A DNA stretch of 64,000 bases from Desulfomonilia bacterium. GTDB taxonomy: Bacteria > Desulfobacterota > Desulfomonilia > UBA1062. Position 1 is the stretch's first letter, and every line of letters starts with the position of its first letter. The DNA is taken from NCBI GenBank assembly GCA_963664325.2, contig CAXXDQ010000008.1:64001-128000 (forward strand). Reading direction: 5' to 3'. Positions 42,122-54,574 of this stretch are shown here, piece after piece. Under the pieces are notes generated by a model. That model was given only the letters and a program-made list of their open reading frames with translations. It was not told the DNA's origin and searched no databases. The position numbers were made by a program, and so were the translations under genes.

Positions 42122-43192
42122 ATGCATGAAAATACCGTGCTATGTTTGTTTGTGTTTCTGCCCCTTCTCTTCGGCGGCGGACTCCTGCTCTTTGCCCGGC
42201 GTACAGACCGGAGCGGTCAACCGGTCCGATGGCCCCGGCTCGTCATGGGCAATCTGCTGGTCCTCCTGTTTCTCGTTTCGTTTTTGCCTCCGGCAGGCGA
42301 GATCTATTACCGCTTTTTCTATGATACCACCGATGCCCTTTATTACACCAAGGTCAGCCAGCGCTGGTTCCAGCGACATTGGCACACAAACTCGAACGGC
42401 ATCCGGGACAATATGGAATACCCGGCGCCATTGACGCCGGGCAAGCGCCGCATCACGTTCATTGGCGATTCCTTTACCGCCGGTCACGGCATCCGGGACA
42501 TTGAAGACCGCTTTGTCAATCGTATCCGCCGCGCCCATCCCGAATGGGAGGTGCATATGATCGCCATGCCGGGCTTCGATACGGGCAATGAACTGGAAAG
42601 TTTTACACGGCTGCTGCAGGCCAACTACGAGGTGGACATCGTCGTACTGGTCTATTGCCTCAACGACATTTCGGATATGATGCCGGAATTCTATGACGCC
42701 GTCAATCGCCTGAGAGCCGATGCCCGTCAGAGCGGCTGGCTGCAGCGTAACAGCTATTTTGTCAATATTCTTTATCACCGCCTCAACGTGCGGCGGGAGC
42801 CGATTATGAAGGATTACTTTTCCTTTGTCGGAGCAGGTTACAGAGGCCCCCTTGGGGACCGGCAGAAAGAGCGGCTCAAAGCCCTGCACGATCTCGTTCA
42901 ATCCCATAAAGGCCGGCTCGTCGTGGTGACCTTTCCTTTCCTCAATGCACTCGGTTCCCGTTATGATTACCGGGACGTTCATGCAATGCTGGACCGTTAT
43001 TGGCAGACATTGCACGTGGCCCATCTGGATTTGCTGCCCCTGTATGAACATCTGCCGCCGCAAAAAATGACGATCAGCCCGTATGATGCCCACCCGAACG
43101 AGTATGCCAGCCGTTTGGCAGCCGATGCCATGGATGCCTTTCTGAGCACCCTGCTGACCGGCAAACCTGCCGGCCCGGCAAAAGCGCCTTGA
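42122..43192 (+). CDS. SGNH/GDSL hydrolase family membrane protein
   Basis: GDSFTAG, YCLND, DAHPN. Confidence 0.8.
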   Translation: MHENTVLCLFVFLPLLFGGGLLLFARRTDRSGQPVRWPRLVMGNLLVLLFLVSFLPPAGEIYYRFFYDTTDALYYTKVSQRWFQRHWHTNSNGIRDNMEYPAPLTPGKRRITFIGDSFTAGHGIRDIEDRFVNRIRRAHPEWEVHMIAMPGFDTGNELESFTRLLQANYEVDIVVLVYCLNDISDMMPEFYDAVNRLRADARQSGWLQRNSYFVNILYHRLNVRREPIMKDYFSFVGAGYRGPLGDRQKERLKALHDLVQSHKGRLVVVTFPFLNALGSRYDYRDVHAMLDRYWQTLHVAHLDLLPLYEHLPPQKMTISPYDAHPNEYASRLAADAMDAFLSTLLTGKPAGPAKAP

Positions 43193-43239
43193 CCGTCATG
43201 CTGCTTCATGATATTTTAATGCCATAAGGATGATGAATC

Positions 43240-43443
43240 ATGCCCCTTTATGACTTTGAATGCACAAAATGCGGCCATACCTTTGAAGCCTTCTTAAAGA
43301 TGAGCGATCGTTACGATGAGATGCCCTGCCCGCAATGCGGCGCCATAAACCCCAGGAAACTCGTAACCCCCTTCCGGACGAATGCCTGGTCTTCCTTTCT
43401 CGACAAAATGGAAAGAAAAATCAGCCCGGAAAAGTTCAAATGA
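43240..43443 (+). CDS. FmdB-family zinc ribbon protein
   Basis: MPLYDFECTKCGHTFE...CPQCG. Confidence 0.9.
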   Translation: MPLYDFECTKCGHTFEAFLKMSDRYDEMPCPQCGAINPRKLVTPFRTNAWSSFLDKMERKISPEKFK

Positions 43444-43452
43444 GAGGCTGTC

Positions 43453-45088
43453 ATTAAGAAAATATTCGGCAATCTGAACGGTCTCGGCGCCCAGCAGATT
43501 CGGCGCATCGAACAGATTTACCGGCGCCAGGTCCCGTCCGACCGTATCGTCACCCACGAATTGGCCCGCTACATGACGGAAATTTCAAGGGAGATCAACC
43601 GTCAAATCGGTGTTCTCATCAGCCGCCGCGGGGATATCGAATATGTGCTTGTCGGTTCCCACCAGCAAATTTACATCCCCGGCCTTGACGGATTCCGTTC
43701 CTCTTCTCTCCGTTTTAAGGGATTGCGGCTGGTTCATACCCATTTGCATCAGGAAAAACTGACCGATGACGACTTGACCGATTTGGCCCTCCTGCGTCTG
43801 GATTTGGTTTGCGCCATCGCGGCTGAAGAAGACGGCCTGCCCGGTATTGCCCATACGGCCCACCTGATTCCGGAAAATCCGGAAGGAAAGTACTGGCAAT
43901 TCCTTCCGCCTGTTCGTCCCGCCGATATGCCTGTCAACTTTGCGGCTTTTATTACCGCTCTGGAAAACGAATTCAGCCGTACGCAGAAGAGCCGCAAGGT
44001 AGAAGCCACGGACCGCGCCTTGCTTGTCCGGGTCGAGACTAACACCTCGGGAGAGGGAGATAAATCCCTGGAAGAATTAAAAGAACTGGCCAGATCCTGT
44101 GATGTGGAAGTTTTCGATGCCGTCATCCAGCACCGGGAACACCTGGATCCCAAATATGTCATGGGGAGAGGAAAACTGGCGGACGTGGTCATCAAGGCCC
44201 TGCAAATGGGCGCCAATCTCCTGATTTTCGATCATGAACTGACCTCGGCGCAAGTCCGTTCCATCGCCGATTTTACGGAGATGAAGGTCATTGACCGTAC
44301 CCAGGTTATTCTCGACATTTTTGCCCAGCGGGCACACAGCAGGGAGGGTAAGATTCAGGTGGAACTGGCCCAATTGAAGTACCTCCTGCCGCGCCTGGCA
44401 ACCAAGCATACGGCCCTGTCCCGTTTAACAGGCGGCATCGGTGCCAGGGGGCCGGGTGAAACGAAGCTGGAAATCAACCGGCGGCGGATCCGGGACCGGA
44501 TAAACAACCTGGAAAAGCAGATGAAGGAGATTGAAAAAGCCCGGGGCCAACGACGCGTCAAGCGGGATAGAATGGGGCTTCCCATCATCTCCATTGTCGG
44601 ATACACGAATGCCGGCAAATCCACACTCCTGAATGCGCTGACCCAAAGCCGTGTCTTTACGGAAGACCGCCTTTTTTGCGACCCTGGATCCCAAAAGCTC
44701 ACGCCTGCGCTTCCCAAAGGATACGGAGGCGATCATCACGGATACGGTAGGATTTATCAGAGACCTGCCCCGTGATCTTTTTGCCGCTTTCCGAGCCACC
44801 CTGGATGAGCTCCATGAGGCCCATCTTCTCCTCCATGTCGTGGATATCAGCAATACGGGTTTTGACAACCATATGGCCGCCGTGGCTAAAATACTGGAGG
44901 AGCTTGACATCAAAAGTAAACCGACCATCCTTGTTTTTAACAAGCAGGACCGGTTCCCCGACAGCGAGCTCCTCAATGACCTCTGTATGCGCTATCAGGC
45001 CGTGGCCATATCGGCGCTGGATGAAACGACACTGCCGCCACTCGTAGAGAAGATGGAAGCCTCACTCAAAGCTTTTCATTATGATTGA
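43453..45088 (+). CDS. hflX: GTPase HflX (long form), probable ATT start, frameshift near 44675
   Basis: GIGARGPGETKLE, GYTNAGKSTL, FATLDP, DTVGFI, NKQD. Confidence 0.92.
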
Positions 45089-45127
45089 TGGTTTCGGATC
45101 AGTATTGCAACTTTTTCAGGGTACGTT

Positions 45128-46958
45128 ATGACTGAGCGTTCACTTAAAAAGCGACTCCCCGGTTCTCCTGGTCTGTCTGGCCCTTGCCGCGGCCATCGCG
45201 GCACTTTACGGCCAAACCGGGCATCACGCTTTTGTAGACTTCCGACGATGAGGAAATACATCGTTGCCAATCCCCCATGTAAATACGGGGCTTACGGCGG
45301 CCAATATCTTCTGGGCCTTCAGCTCAGCCCATTCCAACAACTGGCACCCACTGACCTGGATTTCCCATATGGCGGACGTCGCGCTTTTCGGTCTGCAACC
45401 TGCCGGCCATCATCTCGCCAATGTTTTCTGGCATACCGTGAACGCCCCTCCTCCTGTTTCTCCTGCTGGTCCGCATGACCGGCATGCTCTGGCAGAGCGC
45501 TTGCGTTGCCGCTTTGTTTGCCATCCACCCCCTGCATGTGGAGTCCGTCGCCTGGGCGGCTGAACGCAAGGATGTTCTCAGTGCCTGCTTCTGGCTTTTG
45601 ACGATTTGGGCGTATCTGCGTTACGTTCAAAGCCGGACTTGGCAGCGCTACGTCATGACCCTGGTCTGCTTCGCTCTGGGTTTGATGAGCAAGCAGATGC
45701 TGGTGACGCTGCCTTTTGTTTTATTACTTCTTGATTACTGGCCATTGGGGCAAATGACTGCGGGGCAGGCGATTACTCCTGTCGGCAGCGGTTCACAGGC
45801 GCAAGAAAGCGCTCCTGTAAAAAGTGACGGGAGGAAAAAAAAGCGGTACCAGAAGCAGCCTGAATCCGTGCCGCAGACGGCAACAGCTGCCGCACCCGTT
45901 GCCGGAATCCCCTGGCATATGTTGCTTGTCGAGGAAAATCCCTTTTTTCATTCTTTCCATACTGGCCAGCGTCATCGTTTTTCTGGTGCAGCTCAAATCC
46001 GGTGTCCTTTATAACCTGAATCCGTTTCCCCTGCCGCTTCGCCTGGAAAATGCAATCATGAGCTATATTGGCTACCTGGGCCAGATGTTCTGGCCCATCC
46101 ATCTGGCCGTCTTTTATCCCCATCCTCTCGATACGCTGCCGTTGTGGAAAACGCTGGGAGCATTTGGCCTTCTGATCCTGGTGACGGCCGCATGTTTCAA
46201 ATGGGGAAGGGGGAAGCCCTATTTAATCGTCGGATGGTTTTGGTATCTCGGAACGCTGGTGCCCGTGATCGGCCTCGTGCAGGTCGGCGTCCAGGCCATG
46301 GCCGACCGTTACACCTATCTGCCGCTCATCGGCATCTTCATCATGCTGGCTTGGGGGATTGCGGACCTTTTCGGGGGATGGTCATACCGCAAATTTTTTC
46401 TAACCGCTCTGGCAGCAGTTATTCTCATCCTGTGCGGTATACAGACATGGAAACAGATCGGGACCTGGAAAGACGCCGTTGCCCTGTATAGCCATGCGGG
46501 CCCGGGCGGTCCCTCACAATTACTGGGCCTACAACAACCTCGGCGCCGCCATTGCTCAGGGAAATCTGGACGCCGCGGAACCCTATTTCTTAAAATCCCT
46601 GGAAATTATGCCCATGTATCCCGGTGCCAACAAAAACATGGCCATCCTCCTCTATAAAAAAGGCCGCTATCGGGAGGCCGTTCCTTTTGCGCAAAAAACA
46701 TTGATGATGCAACCCGCAAACCCGGAATACCTTGTGATCATGGGGTCTCTGTGGTTGAAACTGGGCCGGGTTGACGACGCTGTCGCACAGTTTGAAAAAG
46801 CCCTGCAATTACATCCCGCCTATGCCGATGCCCGTGAGGCGCTTCAGGAAGCGCTGGCGGAAAAGGATAAACAGCGGGGTGAAGGCAAAAAACTAAATAC
46901 GGGACATGGAAAACGGATAGGTCACATAACCCCCTTGTACCACCCGCCATCGATCTGA
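45128..46958 (+). CDS. TMTC-like GT-C membrane protein with C-terminal TPRs, frameshifted
   Basis: [38 protein letters not shown]. Confidence 0.8.
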
Positions 46959-47715
46959 ATGGCAGCACCGGTTATGTACCCCGCCTGTTCGGATGCCAAA
47001 AAAGCGACCAGGGCGGCGAATTCTTCCGGTGTCCCCCAGGCGCCCCATGGGGATGGCTGCCTCCCATGTCTTCATGACAGCCTCCGGTGAAGTACCTTCT
47101 TTCTCCGAAATCGTCCGGGCCAGTTTCCGCACCCGGTTTGTCAGCGTATAACCGGGACAGACGCTGTTGACGGTGATGCCGTAAGGGGCCAGTTCGTTGG
47201 AAAGACTTTTGGCCAGGCCAATGACACCGGAACGGACCGTATTGGACAGGATCAGGCCGTCAATGGGCTGCTTGACGGATATGGAGGTCATATTGATGAT
47301 CCGTCCCCATTTTTTTTTCTTTCATCACCGGAACGGCTTCCCGGGTCATGATAACAGTGCTGAGCAGGTTCAGACGGAAACCGGCAAGCCAGAGCGCATC
47401 GTCAATTTCCAAAAAAGAAGTGGAGGGCGGTCCGCCGGCGTTATTGACCAGAATATCCAGCGTTCCGAAATGAGCCAGCGCATTACGGACGAAGCGGCGT
47501 GCTTCTTCGGCATTGGTCACATCGGCGGGAATCGCCAGGCATTCACCCCCTGTTTCATTTTCTATGAAGGCAGCCGTTTCCGGAAGAGCCGGATCATCCA
47601 GTGCGCAGATGGCCAGCCGCGCGCCTTCTCTCGATAATGCCAGCGCCGCGGCCCGGCCCAAACCCATGCTGCCGCCGGCAACCAGGGCGACTTTGCCCTT
47701 CAATCCCAGATCCAT
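46922..47715 (-). CDS. SDR family oxidoreductase, frameshifted
   Basis: [26 protein letters not shown]. Confidence 0.85.
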
Positions 47716-47757
47716 AATGCACTCCTTGTTTTTTTGACCCTCTATATCAAATTTCTA

Positions 47758-47786
47758 TTGACATCTCTATTACTTTGATCTAGTGT
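47758..47786 (+). promoter_or_regulatory. sigma70-like promoter of the por operon
   Basis: TTGACA-17 bp-TAGTGT. Confidence 0.5.
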
Positions 47787-47958
47787 ACGCAGAATTTTCG
47801 GCAGTGAGGTTTCCTGGAACATGAACGGCATGAGCAGTAGTGGGCATCTGGCAAGATTGAACGGATTGTTGCGCCTGTCTCTTCTTTTGATGGGATCAAA
47901 CCCATCACCCGTCGTTTTTTTAGGAAAAGCAAGATACACTCCAAAGCAAACAAATCCT

Positions 47959-47991
47959 AAAGGCCATGGGTTGAAAATCCGTGGCCTTTTT
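47959..47991 (+). terminator. Leader terminator/attenuator hairpin upstream of porC
   Basis: AAAGGCCATGGGTT-GAA-AATCCGTGGCCTTT(TT), 14-bp stem with two G-U pairs. Confidence 0.7.
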
Positions 47992-48013
47992 CAATTTAAA
48001 GGGGATGGATGAC

Positions 48014-48586
48014 ATGATGTATGAAGTGATTTGGCATGGCAGAGGCGGTCAGGGTGTCGTCGTCGCTGCGCAAATGCTGGCGGAGGCCGCTTATTTCGAG
48101 AACTTTAAAGGCGTTACAGCGACACCGACCTTCGGCCCGGAGAGAAGAGGTGCACCGCTGACGGCTTCCACAAGAATTTCCCGCGATCCCGTCCGGACTT
48201 TCTCTCAGATCCAGATGGCGGATATTACGGTGGTCCTTGATGAAAGCCTTTTGAAAGTCGTCGATATTCTCGGTCGTGTCAAAAAAGGAGGTCTGATCAT
48301 CATCAATACGGCTCTACCCGTCGATGCGATCGACCTGAAAGGCGACTTCGATCTTGCCGTTGTCGATGCCGTCTGTATCGCCCTGAAGCATCATTTAACC
48401 AAGGAAGGGGCGCCGGTCGTCAATACGCCTCTCCTGGGGGCCCTGGCCAAAGTATCGGGATGGGTTTCCCTGGAAAATATTGAGAAAGCCTTAAAGCACA
48501 AGCTGTCACGTGAACATTTGGCCCGGAACCTTTCGGCCGCCAAAACGGCCTATGACGAGACGCAAATAAATAACCGGAAGAAATAA
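48014..48586 (+). CDS. porC: 2-oxoacid:ferredoxin oxidoreductase gamma subunit
   Basis: HGRGGQG, FGPERRGAP. Confidence 0.9.
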   Translation: MMYEVIWHGRGGQGVVVAAQMLAEAAYFENFKGVTATPTFGPERRGAPLTASTRISRDPVRTFSQIQMADITVVLDESLLKVVDILGRVKKGGLIIINTALPVDAIDLKGDFDLAVVDAVCIALKHHLTKEGAPVVNTPLLGALAKVSGWVSLENIEKALKHKLSREHLARNLSAAKTAYDETQINNRKK

Positions 48587-48615
48587 TTGCTGTTTAATAA
48601 CGTAAGGATATTTCT

Positions 48616-48912
48616 ATGAATAAAAACAAAGATGAAAATATTTCCGCCATGTGCACACTAGCCGTGGGAGAAGCGGGAAGAACGGGTGATTGGCGGAGCC
48701 TCCGGCCCATCATCGACCATATGAAATGCATTCCCTCGCTGAAGAAAAAAACCGCCTGCATGCTTTGCTGGCTTTACTGTCCCGAGGGCGTCGTCACCGG
48801 CACGATACCTGTGACCATCGACCTCGATTACTGCAAAGGATGCGGCATCTGTGCGGAGGAATGCCCGGCCAAGGCCATCAATATGGTAAGGGAGGATCAA
48901 TGCCATGAGTAA
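48616..48912 (+). CDS. porD: 2-oxoacid:ferredoxin oxidoreductase delta subunit (4Fe-4S)
   Basis: TGDWR, CWLYCP, YCKGCGICAEECP. Confidence 0.9.
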   Translation: MNKNKDENISAMCTLAVGEAGRTGDWRSLRPIIDHMKCIPSLKKKTACMLCWLYCPEGVVTGTIPVTIDLDYCKGCGICAEECPAKAINMVREDQCHE

Positions 48913-50120
48913 TGTTCAGATCATGACGGGAAACACAGCTGCTGCCATGGGCGCCAGGCTCTGTAATGTGCAGGTGGTGGCTGCTTTACCCCATCACACC
49001 CCAAACCTCCCCTGACGGAAATGCTGGCCCAGTATATTGAAGGCGGCCAGATGAAAGCTGAATATGTGCGCGTGGAAGGCGAACATTCGGCCCTTACGGG
49101 TTTGTATTGCGGCTTCTACTGTCGGCGCCAGAGCTTTCACGGCCACAAGCGCCAACGGCCTCCTGTATATGCATGAACAAATCCATTGGGCCGCGGGCTC
49201 CCGCCTGCCCCTGGTTATGTGCTGCGTCAACCGGGGCGTCGGAGCGCCGTGGACTATTTTCAACGATCAACAGGATTCCATTGCTCAGCGGGATACGGGG
49301 CTGGATCCAGATATACTGCCGCAATAACCAGGAAATCATCGATACGCTGATCCAAGCCTACCGGATTGCCGAAGCGGTCTATGTTCCCGTCATGGTCTGC
49401 TACGACGGATTCATCCTGTCCCACACCATGATGCCCGTCGATATACCCGATGCAGCCCTCGTCAAGGAGTTTTTACCGCCTTACCGGCCCCATACATTCC
49501 TCTCGCAGGATGATCCGCGCACCATCAATCCCGTCCTGTTCCCGAACCGGCGCGAAAATGCCGCCGGCATTCTGTGCGATGGCTATATGGAAATGCGTTA
49601 TAAACTCCAGTCGGCCCTGGAAGGCGCCAAAACGACCATCGTGAACACGAATAACCTCTACGCGGAAACATTTGGCCGCGATCACGGCGGCATGCTTTGG
49701 GAGTATATGACGGGAGGATGCGGAAATCGTGATGGGCCGGCATGGGCTCCATCGCCAATGAAGCGACGGTGGCTGCAGATATGCTCCGCGCAGAAGGCAT
49801 CAAGGCCGGTGTCGTCGGGATTCGTGTCTACCGGCCGTTCCCTGCGGAGGACGTGCGGCAGGCCTTTCAAAAAGCCCAAGGTCATTCACTTGTTTGAGAA
49901 AGCCATCAGCTATGGCTATGAAGGCGCCCTTTGTTCTGATTTGAAAGCCGCATTTTACGGAAGCGATGTGAAGGCCCCCATTTATAGATACATTGTCGGC
50001 CTGGGAGGTCGGGATGTGCAACCCGCAGAATTGACCGAAGCTGTTAAATCAAAAATGAATGCCACGCCGGATGTAAAATCGCAAGATCCGATTGCATGGC
50101 TCAATTGCCGTACGGAGTGA
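48905..50120 (+). CDS. porA: 2-oxoacid:ferredoxin oxidoreductase alpha subunit, frameshifted
   Basis: YPITP, EGEHSA, ATSANGL, DGFILSH, GLGGRD. Confidence 0.88.
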
Positions 50121-50124
50121 AACG

Positions 50125-51093
50125 ATGCCTGAAAATCTCTTTAAAATAAATGAAAAAGAATATATCCTGCCCGGGAACCGCGCATGCCAGGGCTGCAGCC
50201 TGTCGCTTGCCTACCGCATTGCTTTGAAAGCCCTGCGGGAAAATACGATTATGACCGTATCGGCCAGTTGTCTTTGCGTTCTTCACGGACTTTATCCCAG
50301 TACACCCGTCAAGCTGCCCTGGCTTGAACAGTTCCTTTGCCAGCACCGGTGCGACAGCTTCCGGTCTGGTGGCGGGACTGCGGGCGCTAAACCGGGCCGA
50401 TGAAACCGTTGTGGCCTTTGTGGGTGACGGCGGCACATTCGACATGGGCATTCAATCCTTGAGCGGCGCAGCGGAACGGGGAACCGATTTTATTTACGTC
50501 TGTTACGACCAACGAAGGCTATATGAATACGGGAACCCAGCGATCCAGCGCCACCCCCATGGGGGGCATTGACAACGACGACGCCTATTGCCACCAAGCA
50601 GCAGCACAAGAAAGATTTCATCAAGATCATGGAAGCCCATGACATCCCTTATGTGGCAACAGCATCGCCATCCTACCCCGTCGACCTTTATGATAAATTC
50701 GTCAAGGCCAAGAAAATTAAGGGGACTCGTTATATCCATCTGTCCATCCCCTGCCCGCCCGGATGGGGCTATCCTCCGAAAGATACGATTAAGATGGGAC
50801 GTTTGGCCGTGGAAACAGGCATTGCTGCCCTGTTTGAAGTTGAAGACGGGAAATTCCGTTTCACGGGCCGTAGTAAATCCATGGCGGAACGGGGCAACCG
50901 ATTACCCGTTGTGAATTTTCTGGAGAAACAGGAGCGCTTTCAGAAAATGAATCTGGCCCAGATGCAGCAATTTCAGCACTGGGTGGACAGCAAATGGCAG
51001 GAATATATGCGGCGTGGCCCAGGGAATCCGGGGCATGAATTTTCTTTCAGCTTGTGGTGCGAGATTGAACGTTCCGGGGCACTGACCCGATGA
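50125..51093 (+). CDS. porB: 2-oxoacid:ferredoxin oxidoreductase beta subunit (TPP-binding), frameshifted
   Basis: ACQGC, GDGGTFDMG, PCPPGW; 3' end approximate. Confidence 0.88.
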
Positions 51094-53208
51094 AGAAGCC
51101 ACGTAAGTCGCTTCCCGGTAAGGAAAAAGAACAGGGGAGGAAGAAACGAATCCCCTGGCCCTTCCTATCCATCGTACTGATATGCCTGGTGGGCATTATC
51201 GCATATTCGGACTCTTTCAATTGCTCCTTTCATTTTGATGACAGCTGGAACATTGAAAATAATCGGTCTATCCGTGACCTTGCTAATTTCAGTGCGTGGT
51301 GGGACTTTTGTTCCCAGCCGTCCCATCGGTTATCTGTCATTTGCCCTGAATTATCATTTCCACCGGCTTAACGTGTGGGGGTACCACCTTGGCTAATTTA
51401 GCAATCCATATCGCCAATGCCGTCATGGGTCTGGTGGCTGATCATGCTGACCATGACGACAGCAGTCATGAGCACCCGGTCCATAAGCAGACATAAACAG
51501 CCCCTGGCACTTTTTGCGGCTTTGCTGTTCGTATCCCATCCGCTGGCCACGCAGGGCGGTAACGTACATCGTGCAGCGGCTGGCTTCATTGGCCACGCTT
51601 TTTTATCTGCTATCGCTGGTTTTGTATGTCCGTGGCAGGCTTGGCGAGACCCGCCATGAAGGAAGGCGCGTTCAATTTTTTGTACCTGGGGGTCCCTTCT
51701 GAGCGCCGTCCTGGGAATGCTGACCAAAGAAATCGTTTTTCACACTGCCATTTGCCATTATCCTGTACGAGTTCTGCTTTATACGAACCGATCCAGGGAG
51801 GATCAATTTTAAAGACCGGAGCATGCTGATCCCCGGCATTATGCTGGGCCTGTTTATCATTATTTTTTTCCTCAATTTCTCCTTTGAGATATTTAATCCG
51901 GTACTCCCCATTCTCGATCAGGGTTATGATTACACCATAACGGCATGGGAATACTTTTGTACGCAGTTTAAAGTCGTCCTGACCTATCTCAGGCTGTTCA
52001 TACTGCCCATCAATCAGAATCTGGACTATGACTTTCCGATTTCCCATCGTCTTTTGGAATGGCAAACGCTTTCGAGCCTATTGACCCTGGCAGGGATTCT
52101 GGCACTCGCAATAGGGCTGTTCCGCAGGTACCGGCTGATTTCGTTCGGCATATTCTGGTTTTTTTTAACCCTGTCGGTAGAATCAAGCATCGTCCCCATT
52201 TCTCAGAATGTGATCTTTGAACACCGGACGTACCTGCCGGGGGCTGGGTTTTTTCCTGGCCCTGACCGGTGCAGTCTTTTATTTCCTATGGGATAGGCTC
52301 AGACTTGTTGCCTGGGGAATTCTCGGGATCCTTGTACTAACCAATACGGTCTTGACCTTTGAGCGCAACAAAGTATGGAAAAAGTGAATATACCCTGGCG
52401 GCGGACTGGCGTAAAAAAATCTCCGAATAAACCCAGGCCGTTATGCCAGTATGGACTGGAAACGGCCAAAGCGGGGAATGCATCCGAGGCGATGGAATGT
52501 TTTAATAAGGCCATTGCAATCAATCCGCACTACCATCTGGCCTACTATTATCGCGGTAAGCTAAAAAGTGGACGCCGGGGATTCCCAAGGTGCTTATCAT
52601 GACTTTACGGAGGCGTTGCGGATTGAGCCCGGAGTTTGCTTACGGACATTATCGTCTGGGCATGGCCCTCGCACAGCAGGGCCATTTGAAAGAAGCTGTC
52701 ATTCACTGCCAGCATGCCGTCCGGCTGAAACCGGATTATGCCAATTTTCGTAACACATTGGGGAATGTTTTGGCTGCTTCCGGAAAAATGGAGGAAGCGA
52801 TTGCTCAAATTGAGGAGGCCATCAGACTGGAGCCTGATGCGGGGGGACGGCTATTTTAACCTGGGCAATATTCTTGCCAGACATGGGAAACCGGCAGAAG
52901 CCATTGCCTGCCTGCAGGAAGCAGTGAAGCTCGATCCTCAGTCAGCGGAATATCATAACAGTCTGGGTGCGGTCCTTGCTTCTCAGGGAAGGATTGATGA
53001 AGCTGTGGACCAGTTCCGGGCATCCCTCCGCATCAACCGGGTGCTGTCATGGTTTATAATAATCTGGGAAGGGCTTGTGGTCCTGCAGGGACGCATTGAT
53101 GAAGCCATTCAGAATTTTCACGAAGCTTTACGCCTTGATCCCGGCTTTAAGCCGGCGCAGGCCAATCTGAAAGATGCCTTAGCGTTGCGGGGGAAAAGTA
53201 AAATCTAA
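51090..53208 (+). CDS. Second TMTC-like GT-C/TPR membrane protein, multiply frameshifted
   Basis: FHFDD, HPLATQ-VTYIVQR, FEHRTYLP, multiple TPRs. Confidence 0.75.
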
Positions 53209-54500
53209 TGTCCCAGCGTTTTTCAGAATTAAATCGCATATTTCCGGGCTGACCCGCGATTGGCGGCCATAGCGTCCGCCCCGCTTGTCCCTTGCAGGCA
53301 AGCATTTCCGGATCTTTAAGGGCTGCCGTGATGCCTTGCAAAAGTTCCTCTTCATTGTTAACGGGAACACCGACGCCGATAGATTCCAACAACTTCTTTT
53401 CGTCAAGAAAATCCTCCATGGAAGGGCGTAGAAAACCATTTTCCCCCAGGCTGCAGCTTCGAGGATATTCTGGCCTCCTTTCGGCACCAAGAGCCGCCGC
53501 AAAAACACGATCGTTGCCAGAGCGTAATTTTGAACAGTTCCCCGATAACATCAACAACAACGACCCGTTCCTCCCGTCGTAATCGACCGCTGTTCATCTC
53601 CGTCACCGCGATGCAATCAGGGAAACCGTTTCTTCTGGCGAGATCCGTCACAGCCGTCCCCCTTTCGATATGACGGGGGACGATGATCAGTTTCATATCC
53701 GGATACAGGCCGAGAAGTTCCCTGTATCCTTCAAAACGATAGTTTCTTCACCTTCATGGGTGCTGCCGGCGACACAAAACCGGCTCGCCGGATCGGATAT
53801 GAAACCTTGCCGCCGTTTCTTCAGCCAGCGCTGCCGAAACGCGTGCGGCGAGGCCATCGTACCTTGGCATTTCCCAATACGCTGACCCGTTCCTTCGGCA
53901 TGCCGATTTTATGGATCCTCTCGGCATCTGTCCGGGAGATCATGCCCATTTTGTCAATATGCCGGAGTGTGATCGCCAAAAAAAAACGGGTGGCATGGTA
54001 GCGTTTAAAGGAACGCGGTGAAATACGGCCATTGACCATGACAACCTTGATTCCCCCAGGCTTTGCAGGTCCCGATAAAGTTCGGCCACAGTTCCGTCTC
54101 CGTAAGGACAAAAACAATCCGGACGGACGCGGCGCAGGAGCTTTCGGACCGTCCACGGTAAATCGAGGGGATAATAAATGACGGCAGATGCCTGGGGGAT
54201 GATATTTCGCGCCATTGTCTGGCCCGTTTCCGTGCTTGTGGAGACCACAATACACGCATCCGGCAGTTCCGCCCGCAGGGCGTTCACAATTGGGGCGGCA
54301 GCGGTTACTTCGCCGACCGATACGGCATGGAGCCAGATACGGGGATGGCCATCGGTATTACACATATCCGGCTGGGTTCCCAAGCCGAATTTTGCACCCA
54401 GGCTCTGCCGGTATTTCCCCGTGGCCAGCATCACCACGGCATAGTAAGGGGCCCCGATGAAGAGGGCTAAAAGCAGTAAGATATTATATAGAAGAATCAT
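53205..54500 (-). CDS. waaA: 3-deoxy-D-manno-octulosonic acid transferase, frameshifted
   Basis: WLHAVSVGE, ETELWPN, NGRIS, AGSTH, PRHIER, GGQNILE. Confidence 0.88.
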
Positions 54501-54574
54501 CGCCCCATTGACCATAAAAGATTGAAACAGCCGTACACGTTGACAGGATATCACGGATGTTGTATACAATCGAC

